DNA from: Octopus vulgaris
Taxonomy: Eukaryota
Length of the DNA: 64,000 nucleotides
Reading direction: 5' to 3'
Assembly (NCBI GenBank): GCA_951406725.2
Contig: OX597826.1
Coordinates: 45,694,001-45,758,000 of the forward strand
Shown: in pieces, positions 1 through 15,229 of the stretch
Layout: every line of letters begins with the position of its first letter
Numbering within the stretch: the first letter of the stretch is position 1
Made by a program: the position numbers and the translations under genes
The notes under the pieces: generated by a model
Databases searched by the model: none
What the model saw: the letters and a program-made list of their open reading frames with translations, nothing else
Told to the model about the DNA's origin: nothing

Positions 1-24
1 AATGCAAGAAATCATTATTGCTAT

Positions 25-27
25 AAC

Positions 28-95
<68 letters not shown>
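25..95. repeat. (AAT)n microsatellite
   Basis: Pure aat run. Confidence 0.95.
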
Positions 96-98
<3 letters not shown>

Positions 99-104
99 TA
101 GTCA

Positions 105-287
105 CAAACTCGTTAACAGCGATATTTTTGCCCGTCACTACGGTCTGAGATCAAATTCTGCCGAGGTCGACTTTGCTTTTCATCCTTTAGGGATCGATTT
201 TAATTAAGTACCAGTTGAATGCTGGTGTCGTTGTAATCGACTCATCCCCTCCCCCAAAATTGCCGCCCTTGTGGCAAAATTTGAAGC
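105..287 (+). mobile_element. Degenerate SINE, family D
   Basis: ctgagatcaaattctgccgaggtcgactttgcttttcatcctttagggatcgat matches the body of the copies at 7457, 33593 and 62277. Confidence 0.8.
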
Positions 288-439
288 CATTATTATTATT
301 ATTTTTTTTATCATCAGCATTGTTATTGTTGTTGTTGTTATTATTATTATTATTATCATTATTATTATCATTATTAATATTGTTATTGTTGTTATTGTCA
401 TTATTATTATTATTGTTGTTATTATTATTATCATTATTA

Positions 440-526
<87 letters not shown>

Positions 527-583
527 TGTTGTTGTTGTTGTTGTTGTTGTTGTAGTAACAGCAGCAGATGTTGTAGTAGTAAT
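288..583. repeat. Compound (TTA)n(TAG)n(TTG)n microsatellite
   Basis: Read directly. Confidence 0.95.
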
Positions 584-704
584 AACTGAATTAATGTTAC
601 TTTTTTTTCTCACTATTTTTTTTTATTCCTTTCCACACTAACTAACAAAGCTAGAGGGCAACAACGAATGTAACAACACCGACATTAACATCGGTACCAC
701 CTCA

Positions 705-719
705 ATCATCATCATCGTC

Positions 720-751
<32 letters not shown>

Positions 752-1150
752 CATCACCACCACCACCACCACCACTATCATCATCATCATCATCATCATC
801 ACTGTTATCACCATTGCCATCATCACCATCATCATCATCCTCATCCCCTCCACCACCACCACCATCATCATCATAATCACCACCATCCCCCTCCTCCTCA
901 TCATCATCATCGTCGTCGTCGTCGTCGTCTCATCATCATCATTACTTTTCATCATCATCACCATCATGATCGTCATCATCAATGTTATCAACATTACCAT
1001 CATGACCATCATCATCATTATGAACACCATCATCATCATCATCAACATCATCGTCGTCGTCGTCATCATCATCATCATCATTATGAACACCATTATCATC
1101 ATCATCATTGTCATCGTCACGGCATCATCATCATCATAGTTGTTGTCATC
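705..1150. repeat. Compound (CAT)/(CAC)/(CGT)n microsatellite
   Basis: Read directly; explains the poly-M and poly-H ORFs. Confidence 0.9.
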
Positions 1151-1583
1151 GCCATCATCTCCATCAACAAAAAGACGAAGAAAAACTAGGAAAAGAACAA
1201 AAACAAGGAAGAGAAGAAGAACAAGAATACCAAGAAGAACAAGAAGAACAAGAAACAACAACAATAATGGCACCATTCACGTTGGTAGATGCTTCTTTTA
1301 CTGTTGTGAAAATAGTAACAGCATTGCTCTTTACCAAATATCAACTCTAAATCCCTCCACTTTCTCTCTCTCTCTCTCTCTTCTATCTTTCTCTTTCTCT
1401 ATTTCTCACTTTCACTCTCCACCCCCTCTCTCCCCCTCCTCTTTCTCATTCCATCTTTAATCTCGTAATCTCTCATCTGTATATAATGAGTCGACGAAAC
1501 GAAAGAACAACAACAATCACAACAGCAATAACAACCACACTTTATAATAACAACAATATAATTTATCAGTTGATGGTTACAGG

Positions 1584-2262
1584 GGTGTGTGTGTGTGTGT
1601 GTGTGCGTGTGTGTGTGTGCGTGTGTGCGTGCGTATATGTGTGTATTCGCATTCATACATAGATGAGCATATGCATAAATATATGCACACATATGTGTAT
1701 AGGTAGCTATACACATGATATTTACAGAGGTACATACATACATATGGTGTATACATATATACATGCACATATATGCACACTCATATATATACATGTGTGT
1801 ATGTATATATACATGTATATAATGTATATATATATATATATATGTGTGTATATATTTATGTGTATATCATATATGTATATATATATATATGTATATATAC
1901 ATATATACATATATACATATATATGTATCCATATCAATTTATTTATCTATATGTATATATGTGTGTGTGTGCGTATGTATGCATGTTTGTATATATATAT
2001 ATATGTGTGTGTGTGTATGTGTGTGTATGTTGTGTATGTGTGTATGTATGTATAAATATATAGTGTATATATGCGTATATGTATATATATGTATATATAT
2101 ATACACACACATAGAAATGTGTGTAAGTGTGTGTGTATATCTGTGTGTGTGCGTGCGTGCGTGTGTGTGTGTGTATGTGTGTGCGTGCGTGTGTGTGTGT
2201 GTGCGTGTATGTATGTGTGTGTGTGTTTGTGTGCGCGCGCGCGTGTGTCTGCGCGCGCGCGC
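1584..2262. repeat. (TG)/(TA)/(CG) dinucleotide low-complexity tract
   Basis: Read directly. Confidence 0.9.
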
Positions 2263-2425
2263 GTTTCGAAGGTGCTTTTCTTTAACGTTCTTTATTATTA
2301 TTATTATTATTCTGAAGAAAACAAGTAACTGTTTCTTTAGTCGTTCGTTTGACTGGCGGTGTTTCTGTAGATAAGACACGGCTGTACGAGACAGATGAAG
2401 TATTGTATTGAAATGGAGGCAAGAC

Positions 2426-2471
<46 letters not shown>

Positions 2472-3239
2472 AAAACTGTTAAATATGTGTTTACGAGAAA
2501 AGAATTACATGAAGAAATAATAATAGATAATCTAGATATGTTATGTTCATGGAAAAAGTAGCTATTCATTTCGCTGTTTGTTCCTTGCTCAGTTCATTAT
2601 TTTATGCATTAATTAAACCTTTTTATGGCTTTTATATTCCCCCATTTTCTATATCGTTTCCAATCTTTGTCGATGGTGAAGTTAAGTACCCAAGACGAAA
2701 AATGGGTACAGACAAATTGTCTGTCGATTAGATAAAGATAAAATATCGGAATGTGTTTTGCCGTCTACATCTCGCAATTTTCTTTCTTATTAGCTGCCGT
2801 AAATAGAATCTTGATGTTGAAAACGTAAATGGGAAAGAAAGTATTTTAATATTTAGATGTATGTTGTTTAAAGGGAAAATGAAAGGCGTGAGAGACGGCG
2901 AAATAATACAGTACATTAGTTAGCTGGTCGTGTTTGCGTACACAAACTAGTTATAAACTATTCATACATATTACTTTGTACGCTCCCAATTGCGCGTGTC
3001 TGGATCAAGACGTGTATGTGTGAGTCTACGACACTTATATGTGCGTGTTGTATGTGTCTGTGTGCGCGAATGTGTACGTGTTTGAACATATAATATGCGA
3101 AAGCTATTTTCCACAGACAGAGAAATACATAAAAAATTGTATAGAGAAATAAAAGCACGCATGCCTGAGCATGAGTTCATACTTCAATATTTATATATAA
3201 GTACGATGATTACTAAAGGTGCATTACTAGACACAAACA

Positions 3240-4085
3240 CAAACATGCGTGCCTACATACACACACACACACACAAACTTGCACACATATACTTACAAAT
3301 ATGAAACATACATACAAGCGTTCATACATATATAACTGTATACATACTTACATATCAGTATATATATAGATATGTGTGCGTGTGCGCATGCGTGTGTGCG
3401 TGTGCGCATGCGTGAGTGTGTGCGTGCATGTGTATATGTGTATGTGTGTCTGAAGTGACATATATATATATATATATATAATAAGGATGGTATACATACA
3501 TATACATATACATATATATACTTACATCCGAACATCCATGCATACATTCATGTATACATACATATATACAAACTAACACATACATACACACACATATTCA
3601 AATATACTTACATACCTATTACAAGCATACATGTATGCATCCATGAATGCATACATACATACATCCATACATACATACATACATACATACATACATACAT
3701 ACATACATCCATCCATACATACATACATACATACATACATACATACATACATACATACATACATACATACATACATACATGCATACATACATACGCACAT
3801 ACATAATGAAGGAACCTTGGATATACGTTAGAAACCGTTTCTTTCTCCATTGGCAAGAAATCTTGAAATAAACTGAATGATGACACACACACACATATAC
3901 ATACATACATACATACATTCATTCATACATACATACATACATACATACATACATACATACATACATACATACATACATACATACATACATACACACATAC
4001 ACACACATACATACATACATACATACATACATACATACATACATACATACATACATACATACATACATACATACATACATACGTA
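3240..4085. repeat. (ACAT)n and mixed dinucleotide tracts
   Basis: Read directly. Confidence 0.9.
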
Positions 4086-4439
4086 CGTTATGGTTGTCCT
4101 TTCGTAACCGAGGAAGGCCATCATTGACAATTAGGAACATTGTGTCCTCAGACAAAATTGTACCCTCCTTCGTGGTTAATGAGCCCAGCTCTTGATAAAC
4201 ATGCACACCAGCATATGTTGCAGGCCTAGTTCCCCCATTCACTATATTGGCGATGCGTTTCCGAGCAACTCGCTTAAATTCTGCACGAAAATGTGTTTAT
4301 TTTTCGAAACTACTCAATCCTTCTTTTACTCATTCCATGCATTTGGTGGCGATGACAAACATTACTTTCATAGTTGAACTTCGATATTTTCCATGCCTTC
4401 GACAAAAACTTTACAAAATCCGTAAACTGTAGTCTCGGT

Positions 4440-4860
4440 TTCTACGAAGAAGTTCATCATATAGCATCTGCTTAGGGATCCTCTGATCATTCATTCGAAC
4501 AAGGTGTCCAGTCCATCGTAAACGCTGCTTCTGTACTTATATATAAATATTGAATATATATGAATGTTTAAGACGTCGAATTTCCTTATGACCCCTGTGC
4601 CAAGTGCCCACAAGGACCAGCCAGCATTCAGAATGTGTCTCAGACATCTCTGATGGAAGTGTTCAAGTAGCCTTACATGATGCCTGGAAAGGGTCCATGT
4701 CTTACATGAGTAAAGGAGCAGCGTCAACGCACACCCACACTAAACAACAACTTTTGTTCACCTTGTGATATCATGTTGGAACCAGACACAAAACTCAAGA
4801 GCCTTACTTACTAAATAAACAGACTGAATATTTTTCTGATCTTCTAAACCGTGAGTTGGT
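4440..4860 (-). mobile_element. RTE-clade LINE fragment (post-RT region), decayed
   Basis: TLLLYSCKTWTLSRHHVRLLEHFHQRCLRHILN and, in a shifted frame, ..WTGHLVRMNDQRIPKQMLYDEL, matching the RTE LLYGCETW / FHQRCLR / WxGHxxRM pattern. Confidence 0.85.
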
Positions 4861-5082
4861 TGTAGATGATACTATTCAACACGGACAAGTCATTAGTCAA
4901 TCGAGGCTACATATATTTCTTAACTCATTGACCTTATGATGTAATAATTGCACAAAGTAGTATACTCAACTTAGCTAATCATCAGGCCGAGTTTACCTTA
5001 ATTACATGAAGGTTACATTGCCGCTTAGAATTAACTAACTGTAGATGTGAGCTGAGATTATATATATACATATATATATATG

Positions 5083-5160
5083 TTTGCGGGAAGGACTATT
5101 TCAAAGAAGTCGCGTCTTGTCGACAAGACGCGACTTCGTTGAAACAGTCCTCCACGCAAA
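5083..5160. repeat. 78-bp spacerless palindrome
   Basis: Perfect 32-bp core gaagtcgcgtcttgtc|gacaagacgcgacttc (5106-5137); 39-bp arms with 4 mismatches. Confidence 0.9.
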
Positions 5161-5305
5161 GCAAATTAAATAAGATTTGGGATTTTTTGCGGAGGAGTAT
5201 TAGATGATCGAACGCCACGCATCCTTTTCCAAGTAAGTTTTTATCTATATATACATACATACGTATACACATATATTCATACACGCATCTGCATCTCTCT
5301 CTCTC

Positions 5306-5357
<52 letters not shown>

Positions 5358-5569
5358 AACAGTGACGCAACCTCTCTGTTGTCGTTCTATCAACTAGAAA
5401 AAGCAGTTAGCGCTTCCTCAAATTACACGCTACCGCATTTTATAAACGATTCATTGGATAACATAATACTAGATAGTGTACGTCTCAAAATGAGACAAAT
5501 GTAGTGTTAGACTTGTTTCGATCGTAGATCTGCTTGAGTAGGTTAGAGCCTGGAGTTGGACAACACCTG

Positions 5570-5620
<51 letters not shown>

Positions 5621-6082
5621 ATACTTCTACTGTTGCTGCTGTTGCTGCTGCTGCTGCTGCATTCTACGACTACATACGTACATACAATCAACGTAATAAC
5701 TGAACATATCAATAAGGCATTATAGAAACTCGCCAGTTTCTGCCTAATCGATCCTAGAGTCAATCAGCCAACACGATCTTCTTTATTGTACCAAAACCTC
5801 AGTGAAATATACTTAGGCGTTGAGATATTTCCCTGTGTATTGTGGGAAAAACATTGTATTATAAAGTTTAAGACAGCCCAAGCAAATCTCTCCGCGTTGA
5901 TCAGTGAATGAGGTTTACAATGACTGGAAATATATTACGTTTTTAACAATGCTTTCATTTGAAAGAAATTATGTTTAAAGGTATGAAACAGCCTAGGTAA
6001 GTCTTTCTGTGTTACTCAGAGCTTTAACAATGATTCCAAATGTTTATTGTGCTTTTAGCATATTTTTTTCTCGATCCCTAAG

Positions 6083-7226
6083 ATTCTGATGCCTTGGACC
6101 AGAAATATGATGCTTACAACTTCAGAGGAAGCTGAAACTTTTGCTTATGCCTTTTTTCCTACGTCATCTTTTGTTATATAAATTTTGTACGTCTCTGACA
6201 TTTCGAACCAGTTACTCGTTTTCCATGACGCATAAGTGACCGAAATCATAACATTTCCGCTGAAACGGGACGTCGCTCCGTTGCGGGGTTCCAAGCCAGC
6301 AATCTTCAGGGGAGGGGAAAGAGTTAATTACATGACGCTAGTACTTGACCGGCACGTTATTTTTCGACCTCGAAGGGATATGAACCAAAGTTGGCCTCGG
6401 CGAGATTTGAACTCAGAACCAGAAGAAAAGCTGGTAATCATTTTGTTGGTTGTGCTAATGATTTTGCTTTGCTTTTAGTATTGTTCTCATTTAAATAAAG
6501 TGGGGCGTTGGTGTATTTCTCTGGAAAAGAATTTGTGCTAAGAAGTTTAAAACAGCCCACGTAAAGTTCTCTGACGCTAATCAGAGAATGAGTTTAAAAA
6601 AAAAAACACAGACAAGAATTATTTAATTATGGTTTTACTATAGCGTCTATAAAAAGCAAACAGTTTCAGACGCTGAGAAGTTTTGTCAAAAGTGAATACT
6701 TTCAGAAAAGGTTCAAATGGTTTCGATGGTCAGAGCCATTCAATGAACTGACACAGTTTTTAGTAGTAAATATTTTTATCAGATGACACATTAACAACGA
6801 CAATCACTAAGACACGTCCATTATTTATGTATTCATAAGCAAAAAAATGAAACAAATAGAGAGAGTGAGAGAGAGGAGGCGAAAAACACAGAGAGGTGAA
6901 AAACCTCTCAAGACGTTGCGTCAAACACTTTAGAACACATTAAAACACATCTCTCTGTATTTATAAATGAGAGAGCTGTTGAATATTAAAAGTGACAGGA
7001 ACACCACCAAGTCATTGTAATGTGATAAAAAAGGAGAAAAAAATGGTTATTATCTTTTTATGCTGAGCTGGAAGATATTAGTTACATCAATGGCAGCTGA
7101 TTCTAAATGTCAGAGAGGTACAAAATTTATATAGTAAAAGATGACGCAGGAAAAAAAACATAAGCAAAAATTTCAGATTCCTCTGAAGGTGTAAGCATCA
7201 TACCTCTGGTCCAAGGCATCAGAATT
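6083..7226. mobile_element. Non-autonomous DNA transposon/MITE with ~135-bp terminal inverted repeats
   Basis: 6083-6215 (attctgatgccttggaccaga..cttcagagga..) is the reverse complement of 7092-7226 with few mismatches; no coding interior. Confidence 0.7.
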
Positions 7227-7456
7227 ACGTTGGGTAGCAAACTAAAATTATCGAATAGGAAAAACTGTGAACCAGAGCATTGCACTCAAATTACAGATTT
7301 TCACACATATAATTCTATAATTTTTGCTCAAAATGTAGATTTTTATTTTCATATTAATAATGTACAAGGTGATGTTATGGAATGAATACATTTTGATATG
7401 GGCTTTTGAGTGAAAATGGTAGATTCGCATTTTAGTATCAATATAAGAAACTGATA

Positions 7457-7996
7457 AGGCGGTGAGCTGGCAGAAACGTTAGCGCGCCGGCGAATTGCTT
7501 AGCGTTCTCAGTTCAAATTCCGCCGAGGTTGACTTTGCCTTTCATCCTTTCGGGGTCGATAAATTAAGTAACAGTTACGCACTGAGGTCGATGTAATCGA
7601 CTTAATCCCTTTGTCTGTCCTTGTTTGTTCCCTCTATGTTTAGCCCCTTGTGGGCAATAGAGAAATAAGGAACGTTAGCACGCCGGGCGAAATGCTTAGC
7701 GGTATTTCGTCTGCCGCTACGTTCTGAGTTCAAATTCCGCTGCTGTCGACTTTGCCTTTCATCCTTTCGGGGTCGATAAATTAAGTTTGTCTGTCCTTGT
7801 TTGTCCTCTCTGTGTTTAGCCCATTGTGGGTAGTAAAGAAATAGGTATTTCGTCTGCCGCTACGTTTGAGTTCAAATTCCGCCGAGGTCGACTTTGCCTT
7901 TCTTCCTTTCGGGGGTTGATAAATTAAGTACCGGTTGCCTACTGGGGTCGACCTAATCGACTGGCCCCCTCTCCCAAAATTTCGGGCCTTGTGCCT
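7457..7996 (+). mobile_element. SINE family D, tandem multimer
   Basis: Head aaggcggtgagctggcagaaacgttagc followed by three body units containing gagttcaaattccgccgagg (B-box-like). Confidence 0.85.
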
Positions 7997-8724
7997 AGAA
8001 TAGAAAAGAATATAAGAAACCGAAAATATTTTGGAAAACAAATCTGCATTTGAAACTATTTATTGAAACTTGAGTTATCTTGCAAATCTGACATAAATTC
8101 AGAAACCTAAGAAAAATTTGTACTTGCCAGTAAAATATCTTCAACATCCGGTTAATAGAAGTTATACTCCTTGTTTCAAAGGAAATTACCAAAAAGCCTT
8201 TGAATAAACTGTTTAATTTAAGAAGGAAACGGGATCTGGTGACACTAATGTTTAAGGATGAAGGGTTTAACAGTGAATTGAAATTGGGTCATTACCTTGA
8301 AAAATCTGAATGCGAAATAAGGATTTCTGATTTAGATACAAGGCCAGCACTTATAGAGGAGACAGGGTACTAGTCGATATTATCGACCTTGATACTTGAA
8401 AGGCATTTTATTTTCTGCATATACAGATACCATATATTAATCCCCCCTAATTTTGGTTCAAGGCCAGGAATTTCTAAGGAGAGGAAATTAGTCGATTACA
8501 TCAATTTCAATGCTCAACTGGTACCCATTTTATGGGTTGAAAGTTAAAGTTGACTTCGGCGCAGAACGCAGACGGTAAATAATCTGAGGAAACGCGAAAT
8601 AATAATAATAGCTAGCATCAGAATTCCATCATTCACGTTTCTAAACAATTTAACTGGTCCTTTTATCCTTTAATTTATAGATTGCACAACCTTGGAAACT
8701 AAACTCAACAGTAGTATAAATAGA

Positions 8725-9415
8725 AATTACTATAATTTGGTTGGTGTTTTTCTGATTTGTTTTATCGACAACATAACTTTGCGATCTAAGTTCCACCCTA
8801 GTATGATACGATTTTTGCAGTGTTAAATCCCATTTCTAAGCTATTCCCTAAATCATCAACTTTATTAAATGCAAAAATCAGAAACGTGTGTTTGAAGGCG
8901 AAATTATTTCATTTTGCTTAATGATTTTGTCATTTATTTTATGTACTACATAACCTTGCAATCTAAATTCTACACTTGAATGTTACGACATTCTTATTAT
9001 TAAGTCATATTTCTACTCTGTTCCCTAAGTCATCAACATTATTTTTGTAGATAAATCAGAAATGTATGTTTGAAGTGGAAATCGTTATAATTTTGTCAGT
9101 GATTTTGTCATTTATTTTATGGACTATATTAACTTTGCGAGCTAAATTCTATACTCATATGATACAACTTTTTATATTATTAAACCCCACATCCAGAATG
9201 TTTCTTAAGCCGTCAAACTTATTAACTACAAAACAGAAAATGTATGTTTGAATTACTATAATTTGGTTGGCGTTTTTGTCATTTATTTTATGGACTACAT
9301 AATCTTGAAGTCGAAATTCTATTAATTGTATTAAGCCCCCTATCTACACAATTCCCTAAACCGTCAACCTTATGAAGTACAAACATCAGAAAACGTTATG
9401 TCTGAAGTGGAAATA
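8725..9415. repeat. Diverged ~178-bp tandem repeat, about 4 units
   Basis: cagaaa..tgtttgaa, ttgtcatttattttatg and ttccctaa..tcaac recur near 8880, 9058, 9235 and 9387. Confidence 0.8.
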
Positions 9416-10394
9416 CCGCAGTTCGAAATCAGCGGTATATAACTGGATAGAAAGATAGAAAATGATGAGACAAGCGAACTAATGAATTACAGATATATTT
9501 TAGATTGTCAGGGATGCTTTATGCAACGAAAAAAATAATAATTATTAAATGAGTTGGTCTAAAAGCCAGACATTACATATACATCAGCTTCTGAATTAGA
9601 TAGCTTACTTGATAAATGATAGTTAAAAGCCACCAGGGTTATAGTTGTCGCTGCAACAGACTTTAAAATAATGTAAATGATGATAAAAGTTAAGAAAAGT
9701 TTTTGCCAGACTTGTCTTTCTTCGCAAGATGATTCTGTGATGTTTAAACAAGCTTGCACATCTGTCTTCCACACAGACATCAATCATGATGTAACGAAGG
9801 AGATGCTACAACGGCCTATCTCGTTCTATATATATAAAAGGAATCTACCAAAGAGGTTATTGTTATATCTGACTTAATCTACATTAGATATAAAGTGATG
9901 ACGATGTATCTATCTAAAAACGTAGATATAATGTAAATATGAATGCATGCATGGATATATATGTATGTGTGAGTGTGCGTGTGAGCGTGTGTGTGTGTGT
10001 GTGTGTACGTTTGTATGTAGATGCAGCCTCAGCTATTTGTTTAAGAAGATTGCTTCCGAATCAAGAAGTACTAAGTTCAATTCCACTTTGTGCTATTTTG
10101 AGCAAGGGTGTTTTACCATTCCTTCGGATCGATCCGAACCTTCCAAGTGAAACTCAGTTGGTGGGAATTGGGGAATCCTTTATTTCCAAAGTGTTCAACG
10201 AAAATATTATGCTAAGAATGCAAGTATCTATGGTATACTCAACCATCAAAATTATAAATAGGGTGTTAAGTAGATCGAAATCATCTCCTAAACTGTATCG
10301 AGATCATCTCCTAAACTGACGGAGATCCTTTTAATAACTTTGTAACTTACTTAACAAGCTGTGTGCACACACACACACACAGATATGAATCTAG

Positions 10395-10970
10395 GACTTT
10401 TCGTCTAAAACACTTTGGTGTAATGCACTATGATCTAAAGAACTTTAGTCTAAAATGTTGTTGTTGTTTGTTCCCTCTCGAACCACGCCTGGCTCATAAG
10501 GGCCAGTTTCTCGGTTTCCTTGGCGTATAGGTTCCCCACCTGAACGAGACGCCGGTCCGTCGCAGGTTAGCTGCAAGATGCAGGAAGAAAGAGTGAGAGA
10601 AAGTAGTGGCGAAAGAGTCAGCAGAAGTTCGCCATTACCTTCTGCCGGAGCCGCGCGGAGCATAGGTGTTTCGCTCATAAACACACACATCGCCCGGTCT
10701 GACATTCCAACCCGCGATCCCTCGACCGCGAGTCCGCTGCTCTAACCACTAGTCTAAAATGACTTTTGTATAAATACACTATAGTCTAAAGACCTTTTTG
10801 TCTAAATGCTCTTTTTTGTCTAAACTCACTTTGGTTTAGTAACTATTTTACCTATAGAATCTTTAAAAAAATGTAAAAGATCTAAATAACTATATTCTAA
10901 TAACCCTTTTTGTCTTTAGACGAAAATGTTTTTAGACCAAAGCGTCTTAGACGAAAGTGCCTTAGACTAA
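10395..10970. mobile_element. Foldback/MITE-like element with iterated GTCTAA (left) and TTAGAC (right) motifs
   Basis: Motif iterated at about 15-17 bp spacing; orientation flips near 10915; interrupted by a SINE. Confidence 0.55.
10458..10749 (-). mobile_element. tRNA-derived SINE, family A, tail type i, 5'-truncated
   Basis: TSD tagtctaaaatg (10446-10457 / 10750-10761); (CAA)n tail; reverse complement of the 15589 copy. Confidence 0.9.
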
Positions 10971-11212
10971 ATATATATATATATGTATGTGTGTGTGTAT
11001 ATGTTTGTGTGTCTGTGTTTGTCCCCCTAATATCGCTTGACAACCGATGCTGGTGTGTTTACGTCCCCATGACTTAGCGGTTCGGCAAAAGAGGCCGATA
11101 GAATAAGTACTAGGCTTACAAAGAATAAGTCCTGGGGTCAATTTGCTCGACTAAAGGCGGTACTCCAGCATGGCCACAGTCAAATGACTGAAACAAGTAA
11201 AAGAGTAAAAGC
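10971..11212 (+). mobile_element. SINE family C, 3' half
   Basis: tcgcttgacaaccgatgctggtgtgtttacgtcccc..gactgaaacaagtaaaagag, as in the full copy at 56513. Confidence 0.85.
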
Positions 11213-11520
11213 GTATATACACACACACATATATATATATATAGATAGTTCGCGTCTAAATTAACATCGTAGAACACAAAGGGAAAAAACGAAAAACTTT
11301 GAACAGTTAAATCAAAGGATATGAAAATGAAGATCCCGAAGGAACTGCACTGGTATTATAGTAAGGTTGCAATTTCAGCAGTCACTAATCGATGCAATAG
11401 AAACATGTGTAGGTCTATTTGAAACTGTAGATATATAAAAAGTAGTTAAAGGTAACGCTATGCTACTTCGTAATAATCCTTATCCTTATTATTATCATCA
11501 TCATCATTATTATTATTATT

Positions 11521-13451
<1,931 letters not shown>

Positions 13452-13468
13452 GTACCGTGTGTGTGTTC

Positions 13469-13533
<65 letters not shown>

Positions 13534-13534
13534 T

Positions 13535-13910
13535 GTGGTTAGAAACCTCGTGTTGCAGCTAGGTATTTCCGAGTTCTGTCCCACTGTGTGGCACTTGGGA
13601 CATGTGTCTTCCACAATAGCCACAGGTCAACGAAAGCTTTGTGAGTAAAATTGGCAGACGGAAACTTTATGGGAGCCCGTCGTTTATATAACTGTGTGTC
13701 TGTGTGTGTGTATCTATGTCCATATATCTGTTCCCCACCATCGCTTGGCAACTGCTGTTAACTTGTTTACGTCTGGGTAACATAGCGCTTCAAAAAAAGA
13801 AAAAGAATAAGCCCTGTGGTTGATTTGCTCGAGTAAACTCCTCAATCTGGTACCTCAGCATGGCTGTAATCCAATGACTGGAAGAAGTAAAAGAAAAAGA
13901 TAAAAGATAT
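13535..13910 (+). mobile_element. Degenerate SINE family C
   Basis: cccactgtgtggcacttgggacatgtgtcttc..gacggaaact..atgactggaagaagtaaaag. Confidence 0.75.
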
Positions 13911-13919
13911 ATGCTCAGA

Positions 13920-14112
13920 AGCAGGAAGAAAGAGTGAGAGGAAGTTGTGGTGAAAGAGTACAGCAGGGTTCGCCACCATCCCCTGTCAGAACCTCGTGGA
14001 ACTTTAGGTATCTTCGCTCAATAAACACTTACAACGCCCGTTCTGGGAATCGAAACCGCGATCCTATGACCGCGAGTCCGCTGCCCTAACCACTGGGCCA
14101 TTGCGCCTCCAC
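13920..14112 (-). mobile_element. SINE family A head (partial)
   Basis: Reverse complement of gtggaggcgcaatggcccagtggttagggcagcggactcgcgg. Confidence 0.85.
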
Positions 14113-15229
14113 ATATATAATTGTGCATGAATACACACACACACAAACACACACAAACACATACCTTCACTCAGCGGTTATATAAACCTGAGCGCGGAAC
14201 TTTAACTACTGATCTACCATTGCAATTTATATTTTCAAACTATATATTTTCTGAATACAGAAAGTAACTCTTAAAAGGAAGAGAAATACTTGTGAATCAA
14301 CACCGTTGGCGATAATAACGTAAAGGTTTACTGTCACTAAACATTTTATGTCTGAAATCATTTCCACCATGAACCCTGTTAAATGCATCAGTCAATTTTA
14401 CTGCAAGGTATTTTTACAGATAATGCTTCTTGTACGAAAATATATTACCATTAGCCTGCTTGTCTGCGACAAAATAGAACTACGCCATCAACAGATTAGC
14501 AAACGAAAGATACTAGACTAACATTGGAACATTCGTATTTTTGTTGGTTGTTTTTCGTGTATGCATAGACATTATATACCTATTAGAAATTTAGAAATGT
14601 CTTTAGATAGAAAGAAGGGTTAAAACTACGACATTCTCTTTAATAACTATAGAAGTTGCGAAGAAATATTCTAGAGATATCTTTGCAAATAATGTGGTAA
14701 CAAAAATATTGCAAAATTCTGTTTGTTTGGTAAGGAAAGAATAAAAAAAAAACAATTGAATAAATCTATAAAACAATGAAACCCATTTAAAGCTTCAATT
14801 ATTTTCTGACATGTCTGTCATTTACAAAAACCAAAGCAATAAGAACAAATGCAAATGGAAGTTCCAATAAAAATAAAATCAATTGACAGGAATCAGAAGC
14901 CAATCAAATCGAAAGAGTGAGAGAGTGAGAAGAGCGAGAGAGAGAGAGAAAGAAATCTTTGAAAGCAAAAGGTGTTTAAAGCTGATATAAAGTTTTCCAG
15001 TAAAATAAAGACATAATATAAGAAAATAAAATTCTTATTTTCTTTCTATTTTGTCTTTGTCACATTGAAATTTCGGTTTTAGATTTCAAGAAAATGTGGA
15101 ATTGCTATCAAATTTATCCATAAATATTTTAGCGAAATATTAGTCAATTGAGATGTTAGATATTTCATTGAGTTGTTGGTTCACTTATAGAGCACACAGT
15201 TAATGTCACTATTGCTATCTTAATTTCTA

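Noticed and set aside
204-2379. Long poly-I/L/M/H and CVCV/YIYI ORFs (also throughout the window)
   Set aside because: Translations of microsatellites; no domain content.
9559-9877. Minus-strand ORF with a hydrophobic stretch, and an alternative frame ending KVCCSDNYNP
   Set aside because: An in-frame stop lies between the best acceptor and either frame; no recognisable family.
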